Positions 7,985 to 16,504 of a DNA stretch of 64,000 nt are shown one piece after another; positions within the stretch are counted from its first letter, which is position 1, and each line of letters begins with the position of its first letter. The stretch is from an uncultured Nitrospiraceae bacterium (GTDB taxonomy: Bacteria > Nitrospirota > Thermodesulfovibrionia > Thermodesulfovibrionales > SM23-35): assembly GCA_937138415.1 (NCBI GenBank), contig CAKZPA010000033.1:124511-188510 (forward strand), in the 5' to 3' direction. Both the position numbers and the translations under genes were made by a program. Below the pieces are notes generated by a model that saw only the letters and a list, made by a program, of their open reading frames with translations, did no database searches and was not told the origin of the DNA.

Positions 7985-9166
7985 ATGCGATATTATCTGA
8001 GCCGTGCCGCCGTTCTAAAAATGCTCGAGCATCGGGCCGTGTACCACGTCGAAACGGACGACCTCTATGAACTCGACGAGGCCTCCTTCGCCTTCCTCAG
8101 GAATTGCGGTTCCGAGGAGGGTTGTGAAGACGGCGAGGAAAGATTCGTGGAATATTGTCTTCGCGAGGGTATCCTCTCGCGCACCCGCGTCCCTGCTAAA
8201 AGGCCACCCATCGTTCAGGCACCTATTCCGTCGCTCAGGTACCTGGAACTTCAGATAACGAACTCGTGCAACCTCCGCTGCAAGCATTGCTACCTGGATG
8301 ATCACGCGTATAGAATCGAAACGAAGAGCGCCAGGAATGAGCTTTCCGTGGACACCGTTGAACGGGTACTCCAGGAATTCGAGGAGATGCAAGGTCTCAG
8401 AGTTCTTATCAGCGGAGGGGAGCCCCTCCTGCACAGCCGGTTCGAAGACATCAACACACTCCTTCCCAACTTCGCCATCAGAACAGTATTGATGACAAAT
8501 GGCCTTTTGCTCACCGAGCGCCTCCTTTCGAGCTTGCGCGTCAATGAAATTCAGATCAGCATCGACGGTCTCGAAGCATCGCACGACGCCCTGAGGGGTT
8601 TAGGGTCGTTCAGAGTGGCGATGGATGCTGTAAAAAGATCTATCGCTGCGGGGTTCCACGTCTCGATCGCGACGATGGTCCACCGGAAAAACCTTCAGGA
8701 TTTTCCCGAGATGGAGAAACTATTCAGCGATCTAGGGGTTAGGGAATGGTTGGTCGACGTGCCGTGCGTAACCGGGAGACTGAGGGACAATCCCGATTTC
8801 CAGCTTTCCCCCGAGGAGGCAGGCGCTTACCTCAGATATGGGTACGGTGAAGGATTTCATGGCAGCACCCATGGCTACGCCTGCGGCACGCACCTTATGG
8901 CGATCACGGCCGACGGGAAGGCGGCGAAATGCAGCTTCTACGCAGACCGACCGGTCGGCTCTGTCACTGAGGGGATCGGAGAAAACTGGCGGAGAGTCGA
9001 ACGTCTTGAATTGAGCGAACTGCGTTGCGACTGCGCACACATCAACGAATGCCGCGGCGGCTGCCGGTATCGGGCCTTCCTTTTGGGGGACGAGCGCGGT
9101 AAAGACTCCTATCGCTGTAATTTCTACGGGCTCTCAGAACCCGTGAATGGCGAGACCGTCCGATGA
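7985..9166 (+). CDS. Radical SAM / SPASM-domain protein with an approximately 90-aa N-terminal extension
   Basis: CNLRCKHC (CxxxCxxC). C-terminal Cys-rich region ACGTH...KCSF...CDCAHINECRGGCRYR. The N-terminal segment before the core (HRAVYHVETDDLYELDEASFAFLRNCG) is reminiscent of PqqD-like RRE domains; that is inference. Confidence 0.9.
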   Translation: MRYYLSRAAVLKMLEHRAVYHVETDDLYELDEASFAFLRNCGSEEGCEDGEERFVEYCLREGILSRTRVPAKRPPIVQAPIPSLRYLELQITNSCNLRCKHCYLDDHAYRIETKSARNELSVDTVERVLQEFEEMQGLRVLISGGEPLLHSRFEDINTLLPNFAIRTVLMTNGLLLTERLLSSLRVNEIQISIDGLEASHDALRGLGSFRVAMDAVKRSIAAGFHVSIATMVHRKNLQDFPEMEKLFSDLGVREWLVDVPCVTGRLRDNPDFQLSPEEAGAYLRYGYGEGFHGSTHGYACGTHLMAITADGKAAKCSFYADRPVGSVTEGIGENWRRVERLELSELRCDCAHINECRGGCRYRAFLLGDERGKDSYRCNFYGLSEPVNGETVR

Positions 9167-9216
9167 ATCTGGCAGAGAGAGGGGGGCGGTGTTGCACCGA
9201 CCCCCGGCGATTGTTC

Positions 9217-9402
9217 TTATTGGAAGGTGATTGCCTGTACGGGACACGTATCGGCAGCTTCCTGACAGTTGCAGGTATTGCACTTGTCGGGTCCTATGAC
9301 GCGCGCCTTCCCGTCATCTCCAACCTTGAACACCTCAGGACACATTTCTTCACATGTTCCGCATCCTTCACAGGCATCTTCATCCACGACCGGCTTTGCC
9401 AT
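9217..9402 (-). CDS. Small [4Fe-4S] ferredoxin (61 aa)
   Basis: CEGCGTCEEMCP and a distal C..C.C....CP. GAGGAGG upstream of the ATG. Confidence 0.85.
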   Translation of the reverse strand: MAKPVVDEDACEGCGTCEEMCPEVFKVGDDGKARVIGPDKCNTCNCQEAADTCPVQAITFQ

Positions 9403-9588
9403 ACTCTTTCCTCCTCATTCGTATAATTCGTATAAATTGTGTTTCCCTTTCTGGCCCAAAAAGGGAAGCGGTTCTAAACCTTTGCTTTTATTTTACCACT
9501 TTGGGTAATAGGGCTGCCGGTTCAGCGGCCTTTTCCGCTCCGGTATCCCTGTTTCCTGACATGCCGCCTCACGCCCTCCAATCCCGTC

Positions 9589-10089
9589 TCACGCCCACGC
9601 TGTCCCGCCATCGACTATACTATGCTCTTCCCACATGAACCAACTGCCCGTGTCCCGCATAAAATAATACGTATTCGCAAAGATCTCGTAGTGCTGTTGC
9701 TCCTCCGTGATGAGTCGCCGGAACAAAGCCTTCTCCTTCGGCCGATCCGTTTCCGATTCGACGCGCCGGTAAAATTCGATCCCTTCGTTTTCCATTTGCA
9801 TAGCGATCTTGAAGGCCTCCAGATCATCCTCCGTCGCCGCAATACGCTGCATCATGGTCTCCTTCATGGACTCGAAAATCGTTCGGATATTTCTCATCGG
9901 GCTGACCTCTTGTATGGTGATGTCAACCTCCCGAAAGATATCGGAAAGCATCCGCAGATGTCTTTTCTCGTCCTCCGTCACCGAAAGAAACATCTTCTTC
10001 CCCGCGGGATGCTTCGTTCTTTCCGACGCTTGCGTGTAGAAATCGATCGCGTCTTTCTCCATCTTTATCGCAATTTCGATCGCATTCAT
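9589..10089 (-). CDS. Rubrerythrin/ferritin-like di-iron protein (no rubredoxin domain)
   Basis: Duplicated helix pairs carry E...ExxH (TEDEKRH, TEEQQH). GGAG upstream of the ATG. Confidence 0.85.
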   Translation of the reverse strand: MNAIEIAIKMEKDAIDFYTQASERTKHPAGKKMFLSVTEDEKRHLRMLSDIFREVDITIQEVSPMRNIRTIFESMKETMMQRIAATEDDLEAFKIAMQMENEGIEFYRRVESETDRPKEKALFRRLITEEQQHYEIFANTYYFMRDTGSWFMWEEHSIVDGGTAWA

Positions 10090-10189
10090 GGCTGCTCCTT
10101 TCTCCGGAAATACTCTTGTTTCAGTTTAATCTTTTTCTGACGCGATAATCAACGCAGCGCTCGAAAAAGCCATCGCACTCCACGACAGC

Positions 10190-10360
10190 TCAAAAATGGC
10201 TGGATATCGAGGAAACACCCTGACGGCACTTTGACGAGGCAGGCCGGGTTTTCTCAGGATCCAGTCTGTTTGTGTAAAACAGGAATCGGCCTGCCATTGA
10301 AACGAGGTGAGCCACTGATTCATCCCGTCGACTCACGATGTTTATGGAGCATTCAGCCAT
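10190..10360 (-). CDS. Small ORF B (56 aa from MAECS) paralogous at its start to small ORF A; coding status unproven
   Basis: GAGGGA lies 8 nt upstream of the AUG at 10360. The conserved 84-nt start is described under 7681-7938. It is divergent from radical SAM gene 10423. Confidence 0.3.
   Translation of the reverse strand: MAECSINIVSRRDESVAHLVSMAGRFLFYTNRLDPEKTRPASSKCRQGVSSISSHF
10203..10233 (-). promoter_or_regulatory. 31-nt conserved motif, copy B
   Basis: Plus strand GATATCGAGGAAACACCCTGACGGCACTTTG. It matches copy C at 25/31. It lies about 115-145 nt upstream of the rubrerythrin-like gene start (10089) on the minus strand. Confidence 0.4.
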
Positions 10361-10422
10361 ACCGGTTCCCTCGGGACTGACGGGCACAAAAAAAACAGCT
10401 ATAGTATAGCGAGAGAGAGCCC

Positions 10423-11454
10423 ATGGACCGCCCCGCGTTCATTCAATGGTATCCGACCTTCCGGTGTAACCAGGAGTGCGTCTTCTGTTCAAACCGGCGT
10501 TTGCCCCGCCTTCGCCGGCAGCGGACCATGCCGGAGGAAGACGCTTTCGCCCTCGTTGACGTCCTCCTCCGTAACACCGTAATGGAACTCGATATCCTCG
10601 GTGGCGAACCGTTGCTCGTTCCGTACCTGGAAGACCTTATCACGCACGCTGCGCAGGGTGGCATCTCCATCTACGTCAGCACCAACGGGAGCTTGCCAGA
10701 TGTGGTGACGCGACTTGCCCGCACGCAGCATCGCTCGCTGACGATCGGTTTCTCTCTTCACGGGTCCGAACGAACGCACAATGCGCTAACGAGGTCTGCG
10801 AATTTCGCGAATGCCATAGAAAGCATCAAAAAAGTGATCGGAGAGGGTGTACCCCCTGTCGTCAAGAGCGTTTTGACGCGCGCCAATGCAGGCGAGATCA
10901 GAACCCTCATCCGCTATCTATCGGAAATCGGCGTCCGACAGTATTTTATCCTTCATGAGGACATCATGAGAAAAGCCGATCTCCCAGGCAGCCTTCCTTT
11001 TCCGGATTTTACCAAACACTATTCGGCGCTCAGATCCGAATTCGAAGGACGCGTCGACATCCGTTTCGTTGCCGCATCCGGCTTTTTTCGGGGCCGTGCA
11101 CGCCAAGGAAGGAGATGCGACGCCGGTACGACGAAACTCGCCGTCCTCCCCGATGGTTCGTGCTTCCCCTGTAGCCTCCTGATCGGGTGCAGCGAATTCC
11201 TTCTCGGCAATATAGTGCGAGACAGCTTCGGCTCGCTCCGTGACCACCCCGTACTGAGCCCTTTCAAGCGTTCTTCCCCGAATCCGTGCGGGTTCACTCC
11301 TTGCGGGCACTATGAAACCTGCACCGGTGGGTGTCCGGCGCAGAGTTATCTCTTGTGCGGCGACATCAATGTCGCAGACCCCCGATGTGCGCGCAAAGAT
11401 CGCGAAAAAAACCGCTCGCGAGATAAACGCACCAGAAAAAAATTTTTGTGTTGA
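10423..11454 (+). CDS. Radical SAM / SPASM-domain protein
   Basis: FRCNQECVFC (CxxxCxxC) at the extreme N-terminus. C-terminal CDAG...LPDGSCFPC...CGHYETCTGGCPAQ. Basic C-terminal tail. Confidence 0.88.
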   Translation: MDRPAFIQWYPTFRCNQECVFCSNRRLPRLRRQRTMPEEDAFALVDVLLRNTVMELDILGGEPLLVPYLEDLITHAAQGGISIYVSTNGSLPDVVTRLARTQHRSLTIGFSLHGSERTHNALTRSANFANAIESIKKVIGEGVPPVVKSVLTRANAGEIRTLIRYLSEIGVRQYFILHEDIMRKADLPGSLPFPDFTKHYSALRSEFEGRVDIRFVAASGFFRGRARQGRRCDAGTTKLAVLPDGSCFPCSLLIGCSEFLLGNIVRDSFGSLRDHPVLSPFKRSSPNPCGFTPCGHYETCTGGCPAQSYLLCGDINVADPRCARKDREKNRSRDKRTRKKFLC

Positions 11455-11479
11455 CATTCTGTGTGAAGCATATGATAAT
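11451..11479 (+). promoter_or_regulatory. Near-consensus sigma-70 promoter TTGACA-N17-GATAAT upstream of the flavodiiron gene
   Basis: Read directly: TTGACA TTCTGTGTGAAGCATAT GATAAT. It overlaps the last codons of the radical SAM gene. It is bracketed by the inverted repeat TTCTGT (11457-11462) / ACAGAA (11485-11490). Confidence 0.45.
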
Positions 11480-11539
11480 TTTCTACAGAAAAAGCTTTCC
11501 ATAGCGAATACCTTTACCAGCAATCTCAGAGGAGGATCG

Positions 11540-12757
11540 ATGAAACCTATTGAACTGAAACCCGGGATATACTGGGTTGGCGCTATCGACTGGGCGGTGA
11601 GGGACTTCCACGGCTATGTCACTCCCAACGGCACGACGTACAACAATTACCTCGTGCTCGACGAACAGGTAACCCTTCTCGACACCGTCAAGCACGATTT
11701 CTCCGACGTAACCATCAGGAACATCCGTCATCTGGTCGATCCCGCGGAAATCAAACATATCGTCATCAATCACATCGAGAACGATCACGTGACGAGCATC
11801 GCCGAAATTATGCATATGACGCCGAATGCGACTATCCATATCAGTGAGAAAGGGAAGAAGGGTCTCGACAGATTCTTCGACACCTCCGGATGGCGCGTCA
11901 ATATCGTGAAGACCGGCGACACCCTCCGGATCGGGAAGCGAACCCTCTTGTTCCTCGAAACACCGATGCTCCACTGGCCCGACTCAATGATGACATACGT
12001 GAGAGAGGACAGAATCCTCATAAGCCAGGATGCCTTCGGGCAGCACTACGCGTCTGCCGCCCGTTTCGACGATGAATTCATTTCGTGCTTTTCCGCAGCC
12101 GAACTGAATGACGCGGTGATCGACTATTACGCAAATATTTTGATGCCGTTCGGGACGCTCATCAAAACCAAGATCGCCGAAGTGGAGAAACTCGGACTCG
12201 AAATCGACATGATAGCGCCGGATCACGGGATCATATGGCGAAAAGATCCCTCGAACATTCTGCGCATGTATCTCGATATGGCGAACGGCAAGGCGGACCT
12301 TCGCGTCGCGATCATTTATGACACGATGTGGCACAGCACAGAGCGAATGACTGTGCCGCTCATGCAGGGAATCAAAGATGAAGAGGTCGACGTGAAAGTC
12401 GTCAAATTGAGAGCAAATCCGATCAGTCTTGCGGTGAAGGAATTCTGGAAGGCGAGGGGATGCCTCATCGGATCGCCCACGCTCAACAATGGCATGTTTC
12501 CCACGGTCGCGCAGTTCCTCACGTACTTGAAAGGCCTCCGACCAAAGAACCGCCTCGTGGGCGCTTTCGGGAGTTATGGCTGGATGGGCGGAGCGGTGAG
12601 CAGTATCTACAAAGAACTGGAGAAAATGGGCTTGGCGATCGTCGAGGACGGCGTGCAAGTCGTGTACAAACCATCGCCCGAAGACGAGAGACGCTGTTAT
12701 GACTTCGGGAGGGAATTCGCAAAGAAGGTAAAAGAGTATCACGAGACTTTCCAGTGA
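11540..12757 (+). CDS. fprA: Flavodiiron protein (FprA / rubredoxin:oxygen-NO oxidoreductase family)
   Basis: A metallo-beta-lactamase-like domain with HIENDH is followed by a flavodoxin-like domain (VAIIYDTMWHSTE). The start is set at MKPIELKPGIYWVG, which is preceded by GGAGGA. The track ORF begins spuriously at 11312. Confidence 0.9.
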   Translation: MKPIELKPGIYWVGAIDWAVRDFHGYVTPNGTTYNNYLVLDEQVTLLDTVKHDFSDVTIRNIRHLVDPAEIKHIVINHIENDHVTSIAEIMHMTPNATIHISEKGKKGLDRFFDTSGWRVNIVKTGDTLRIGKRTLLFLETPMLHWPDSMMTYVREDRILISQDAFGQHYASAARFDDEFISCFSAAELNDAVIDYYANILMPFGTLIKTKIAEVEKLGLEIDMIAPDHGIIWRKDPSNILRMYLDMANGKADLRVAIIYDTMWHSTERMTVPLMQGIKDEEVDVKVVKLRANPISLAVKEFWKARGCLIGSPTLNNGMFPTVAQFLTYLKGLRPKNRLVGAFGSYGWMGGAVSSIYKELEKMGLAIVEDGVQVVYKPSPEDERRCYDFGREFAKKVKEYHETFQ

Positions 12758-12772
12758 AAGGAGGGAGAAGAA

Positions 12773-13093
12773 ATGCCTGAACTGCCGAAGCACTATCAAC
12801 ACCTCAAAAAGCGTTTCAAGAAATACTTCACTGCGGTCGACAATCTCGGGAAAGCAGTCCGCAATGCCGGTCCCATCGACCGGAAAACGTCGCACCTCAT
12901 TCAACTCGCGGGGGCGGCCGCGATACGTGCGGAGGGATCCGTCCACTCCCACGCGCGGAGGGCGATCGAGGCAGGAGCGAATCCGGACGAACTTTACCAT
13001 GCCCTGATACTCCTGACGAGCACGATCGGCTTCCCGACGGTATCCGCAGCGCTGAGCTGGGTCGACGACGTTATCCCAACGACAAAAAAATGA
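12773..13093 (+). CDS. Carboxymuconolactone decarboxylase (AhpD-like) family protein
   Basis: 106 aa. The KTSHLIQLAGAAAIRAEGSVHSHARRAIEAGA region is typical of the CMD family. No CxxC. Confidence 0.75.
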   Translation: MPELPKHYQHLKKRFKKYFTAVDNLGKAVRNAGPIDRKTSHLIQLAGAAAIRAEGSVHSHARRAIEAGANPDELYHALILLTSTIGFPTVSAALSWVDDVIPTTKK

Positions 13094-13104
13094 CAGGAGG
13101 CACT

Positions 13105-13599
13105 ATGGCAAAGACAGAGAAAAACCTTCAGGAAGCATTCGCCGGCGAGTCACAGGCAAACAGAAAATACCTCGCTTTTGCCAAGAAGGCGGAAGCCGAA
13201 GGATACGCGCAGGTCGCGAAACTGTTCAGAGCGACCGCGGACGCGGAAACGGTGCACGCCATGAATCATCTCAGGGAACTCGGCGGCATAAAAACGACGA
13301 AGGAAAACCTCGAGTCCGCAATCGGAGGCGAGACGTACGAGGTAGAGAGCATGTACCCGCCCATGATCGAGGACGCCAAAGCGGAAGGCGAGAAAGAGGC
13401 GGAGAACAGCTTTCGGTACGCGTTCGAAGTGGAGAAGATTCACGCCGCCCTTTACAGGAAAGCCCTGGAATCTCTCGGGAAAAACGAAGAGGTGGACTAC
13501 CACGTCTGCCAAATCTGCGGGAACACGGTCGAAGGCGAGCCGCCTGATCAGTGCCCTATATGCAAGGCCCCGAAAAAGATGTTCAAAAAAGTAGGATAG
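13105..13599 (+). CDS. rbr: Rubrerythrin (di-iron domain plus C-terminal rubredoxin-like domain)
   Basis: NLQEAFAGESQANRKY with EVEKIHA motifs, and C-terminal CQICG...CPICKAP. GGAGG upstream of the ATG at 13105. Confidence 0.9.
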   Translation: MAKTEKNLQEAFAGESQANRKYLAFAKKAEAEGYAQVAKLFRATADAETVHAMNHLRELGGIKTTKENLESAIGGETYEVESMYPPMIEDAKAEGEKEAENSFRYAFEVEKIHAALYRKALESLGKNEEVDYHVCQICGNTVEGEPPDQCPICKAPKKMFKKVG

Positions 13600-13636
13600 C
13601 GTTTTCCTCTTTAACTATCGCGAAAAGGAGCAAGGC

Positions 13637-15151
13637 ATGAAACCCACAACAGCAGTGCTACTGTTTTTGATCGTCTGTGCGCTCATCGCCGCTGGCGATG
13701 AGGTGCTGGCGATCGAAGGCCAGACAGGCGAGGTGCCGCTCAGTGCCGAGACACAGGCATGCGTCAGTTGCCACATGCTTTACACGCCCGGCATCGTGCA
13801 CGACTGGCTCAAGAGCCGGCATTCGAAAACCATCCCCAGCGAAGCGGCGAAAAAACCGGCGCTCGAAAAGAGGATGTCAGCGGAGGATATACCGGAGAAT
13901 CTCCTGAGGCGTGCCGTTGGTTGTTACGAATGCCACAGCCTGAATCTCGATGCCCATACGGATAGCTTTAGCCACATGGGCTACCGTATCAATGTCATCG
14001 TGAGCCCGAACGATTGCAAGACGTGCCATGCGGTCGAAGCGCAACAGTTCGCCGGTTCGAAAAAGGCGTACGCTTATCAGAATCTTGCGGGAAATCCCGT
14101 CTATTGGGCGCTTGTGAGCACCGTCTCCGGCATGAGGAAAGTCGAAAATCACCACCTCATCGCCGAACAACCGTCCGCTGCGACTCTCCACGAAACCTGC
14201 TTCGGCTGTCACGGCACAAAGGTCGAGACAAAGGGGCTCAAGACGCTGACGACGAGATTGGGTGAAATACAGGTGCCTGACCTCTCGAACTGGCCGAATC
14301 AGGGGGTCGGCAGATTAAATCCCGACGGCAGCACCGGCGCATGCACTGCGTGCCATCCGCGCCACGGGTTCAGTATCGAGGTCGCGAGAAAACCTTACTC
14401 CTGTTCGCAGTGCCACCTTGAGCCCGACGTGCCCGCGTGGAATGTCTATCGGGAGAGCAAACATGGGAATATCTATTCTTCCAAATACCAACAGTGGAAT
14501 TTCGATGTCGTGCCGTGGGTAATCGGCAGGGACTTCACAGCGCCGACGTGCGCGACCTGTCACAACAGCCTCCTCACTTCGCCCGAAGGCACGGTCATCG
14601 TGGAACGGACGCACGACTTCGGTGCGCGTCTGTGGGTTCGCCTTTTTGGATTGATCTACAGCCATCCTCAGCCAAAGTCGGGGAACACCTCCATTATAAA
14701 AAACAAAGATGGGCTTCCTCTCCCCGTGACGTTCGCAGGGGAACCGGCGACGGAATACCTCATCGACACACCGGAACAAAGCAAACGCATGGCGACGATG
14801 AGTGGAATCTGCAAAAATTGCCACAGCTCTACCTGGGTGTCTAGCCATTTCGCAAAGCTCGATAGCACGATCAGGGAAACCAACGCGATGACGGCAGTGG
14901 CGACAAACCTTATGGCGAGAGCGTGGCAGGACAACATCGAAGACAATGCCAACCCCTTTGATGAGTCGATCGAACAATTGTGGGCAAGCCAGTGGCTCTT
15001 TTACGGGAATTCCATCCGCTACGCGTCGGCGATGACCGGTGCACCCGATTACGCGACATTCAAGAATGGGTGGTGGAACTTGAACGTGAACCTGCAGCAG
15101 ATGAAAAACTGGATAGACATCAAGGAGGAAGTGCAGGAGAAGGACCGATGA
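13637..15151 (+). CDS. Secreted octahaem c-type cytochrome, hydroxylamine-oxidoreductase (HAO)-like family
   Basis: Signal peptide MKPTTAVLLFLIVCALIAAG. Eight CxxCH motifs counted (CVSCH, CYECH, CKTCH, CFGCH, CTACH, CSQCH, CATCH, CKNCH). The family assignment rests on haem number, spacing and size and needs an HMM check. Confidence 0.8.
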   Translation: MKPTTAVLLFLIVCALIAAGDEVLAIEGQTGEVPLSAETQACVSCHMLYTPGIVHDWLKSRHSKTIPSEAAKKPALEKRMSAEDIPENLLRRAVGCYECHSLNLDAHTDSFSHMGYRINVIVSPNDCKTCHAVEAQQFAGSKKAYAYQNLAGNPVYWALVSTVSGMRKVENHHLIAEQPSAATLHETCFGCHGTKVETKGLKTLTTRLGEIQVPDLSNWPNQGVGRLNPDGSTGACTACHPRHGFSIEVARKPYSCSQCHLEPDVPAWNVYRESKHGNIYSSKYQQWNFDVVPWVIGRDFTAPTCATCHNSLLTSPEGTVIVERTHDFGARLWVRLFGLIYSHPQPKSGNTSIIKNKDGLPLPVTFAGEPATEYLIDTPEQSKRMATMSGICKNCHSSTWVSSHFAKLDSTIRETNAMTAVATNLMARAWQDNIEDNANPFDESIEQLWASQWLFYGNSIRYASAMTGAPDYATFKNGWWNLNVNLQQMKNWIDIKEEVQEKDR

Positions 15152-15726
15152 ACGTCATTGCTTTTCTCGGGAGCCCGCGAGAAGACGGCAACTCGGAGCT
15201 TCTCCTCAAAGAGGCGTGCAGGGGAATCGAGGAGTCAGGGTACGTTGCCCGCACTTTTCGTTTGAATACGATGAACATCATGCCCTGCCAGAACTGCGGC
15301 GGCTGCGACGAAACAGGCGTCTGCGTGTACGACGACGACATGGGGCAGGTCTATGATGCTATCAGGACATGCGAGCGGATCGTTCTTGCTTCGCCGATCT
15401 TCTTCTCGGCTCTCAGCGCTCAGATGAAAACCATGATAGACCGATGCCAGGCTTTCTGGTGCGAGAAATATCTCTTGAAAAAACCGATCCCTTCCGGCCC
15501 TCATGGCCGGAAGGGCCTGCTTCTGCTCGTCGGCGGCCAGAAGAAAGAGATCGGCCTTCAAGGCATCCAGTGCGCGGAGACTTCGGCACGGGCGTTCTTC
15601 AGGACGATCAGCGTGCCGGAACATAGTACCCTCAGTTACACGGGGATCGACGCGAAGGGCGCAATTCTCAAACACCTGACCGCGATGAAGGATGCTTACG
15701 AAGCAGGCAGGAACCTCGTCATGTGA
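15148..15726 (+). CDS. Iron-sulfur flavoprotein (Isf) / NADPH-dependent FMN reductase-like flavodoxin-fold protein
   Basis: MNVIAFLGSPREDGNS together with the compact Cys cluster CQNCGGCDETGVC. Its ATG overlaps the cytochrome stop (ATGA at 15148-15151). Confidence 0.8.
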   Translation: MNVIAFLGSPREDGNSELLLKEACRGIEESGYVARTFRLNTMNIMPCQNCGGCDETGVCVYDDDMGQVYDAIRTCERIVLASPIFFSALSAQMKTMIDRCQAFWCEKYLLKKPIPSGPHGRKGLLLLVGGQKKEIGLQGIQCAETSARAFFRTISVPEHSTLSYTGIDAKGAILKHLTAMKDAYEAGRNLVM

Positions 15727-15874
15727 GATCTTCTCCGACGGAGACTACCACGGAAGGCTCCGGCATGAGCAATCGAACTCTCCCTCCTAACCTGCCAGAC
15801 TATCGACAAAGATGCTTCTGTAACGACACTCGTGCCGGCCATTCGATCTTTTGCTGCGAAAGCGCCTCTTGGAT

Positions 15875-16207
15875 TTAGTGATGTCCGGTGTCCGAGTGAC
15901 CGCCGGCGATGACGTAGGTTGCGTCGGCATCGCCGTCATTTTCGAGGAGGCATTCGTGTTCGCCGGAGAGGTGAAACGCACACCCTTCCTCGAGTCTCGT
16001 GACACCGTCACCGGTGACGTTGAGGTCGCCTATCACAGCGAGGACGATCTCCTCGTGGCCTCTCCCCGGCTTAACCACTCTCTTTTCCCGAGGCTTGAGA
16101 ACGCCATATATCATGTAGCACGCATGGCTGCCGGTATCTTGGAAGCCGAGGATAGACTCTCCGCTCTCGGAGCGCATCGCCTTGTTTTTGAGTTCAAATA
16201 ACTTCAT
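15875..16207 (-). CDS. Cupin-domain protein (110 aa)
   Basis: AAGGAGG upstream of the ATG. A His-rich beta-barrel-type sequence (GRGHEEIVLAV...GCAFHL). Weak family-level call. Confidence 0.65.
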   Translation of the reverse strand: MKLFELKNKAMRSESGESILGFQDTGSHACYMIYGVLKPREKRVVKPGRGHEEIVLAVIGDLNVTGDGVTRLEEGCAFHLSGEHECLLENDGDADATYVIAGGHSDTGHH

Positions 16208-16504
16208 TCAATGGGTTCCTCCTTTTAAGATCTGCTGATTATAGCAAAAAATGAACGCGTTCTGGTCTCCGACCGTCTCTCTTTCGATGGCCCTCCGATC
16301 TCCATAGGCGGCCGAGAATGAGAGGAGACACTGTGTCCTGTCATTAAAGAATTATCCGGGTTCGAAGCGGCCTCTTGTGGATTTTTTTCTCGGGATCGCT
16401 TAAACTTATCCTGAATGGTCGGCAGAACAAATGCGACACAGTTGGAATGGGAGGCGCAGGCGATTCCATGGACGACGTTCCTCGAGTCAACTCCTCCCGG
16501 GCGG

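Noticed and set aside
14980-15147. Upstream extension of the Isf-like ORF (and analogous extensions at 11312-11539, 43914-44189, 36860-37000, 38464-38550 and 55107-55226)
   Set aside because: These extensions overlap the preceding gene or lack an SD. The internal starts have GGAGG-type SDs and give canonical N-termini or signal peptides.
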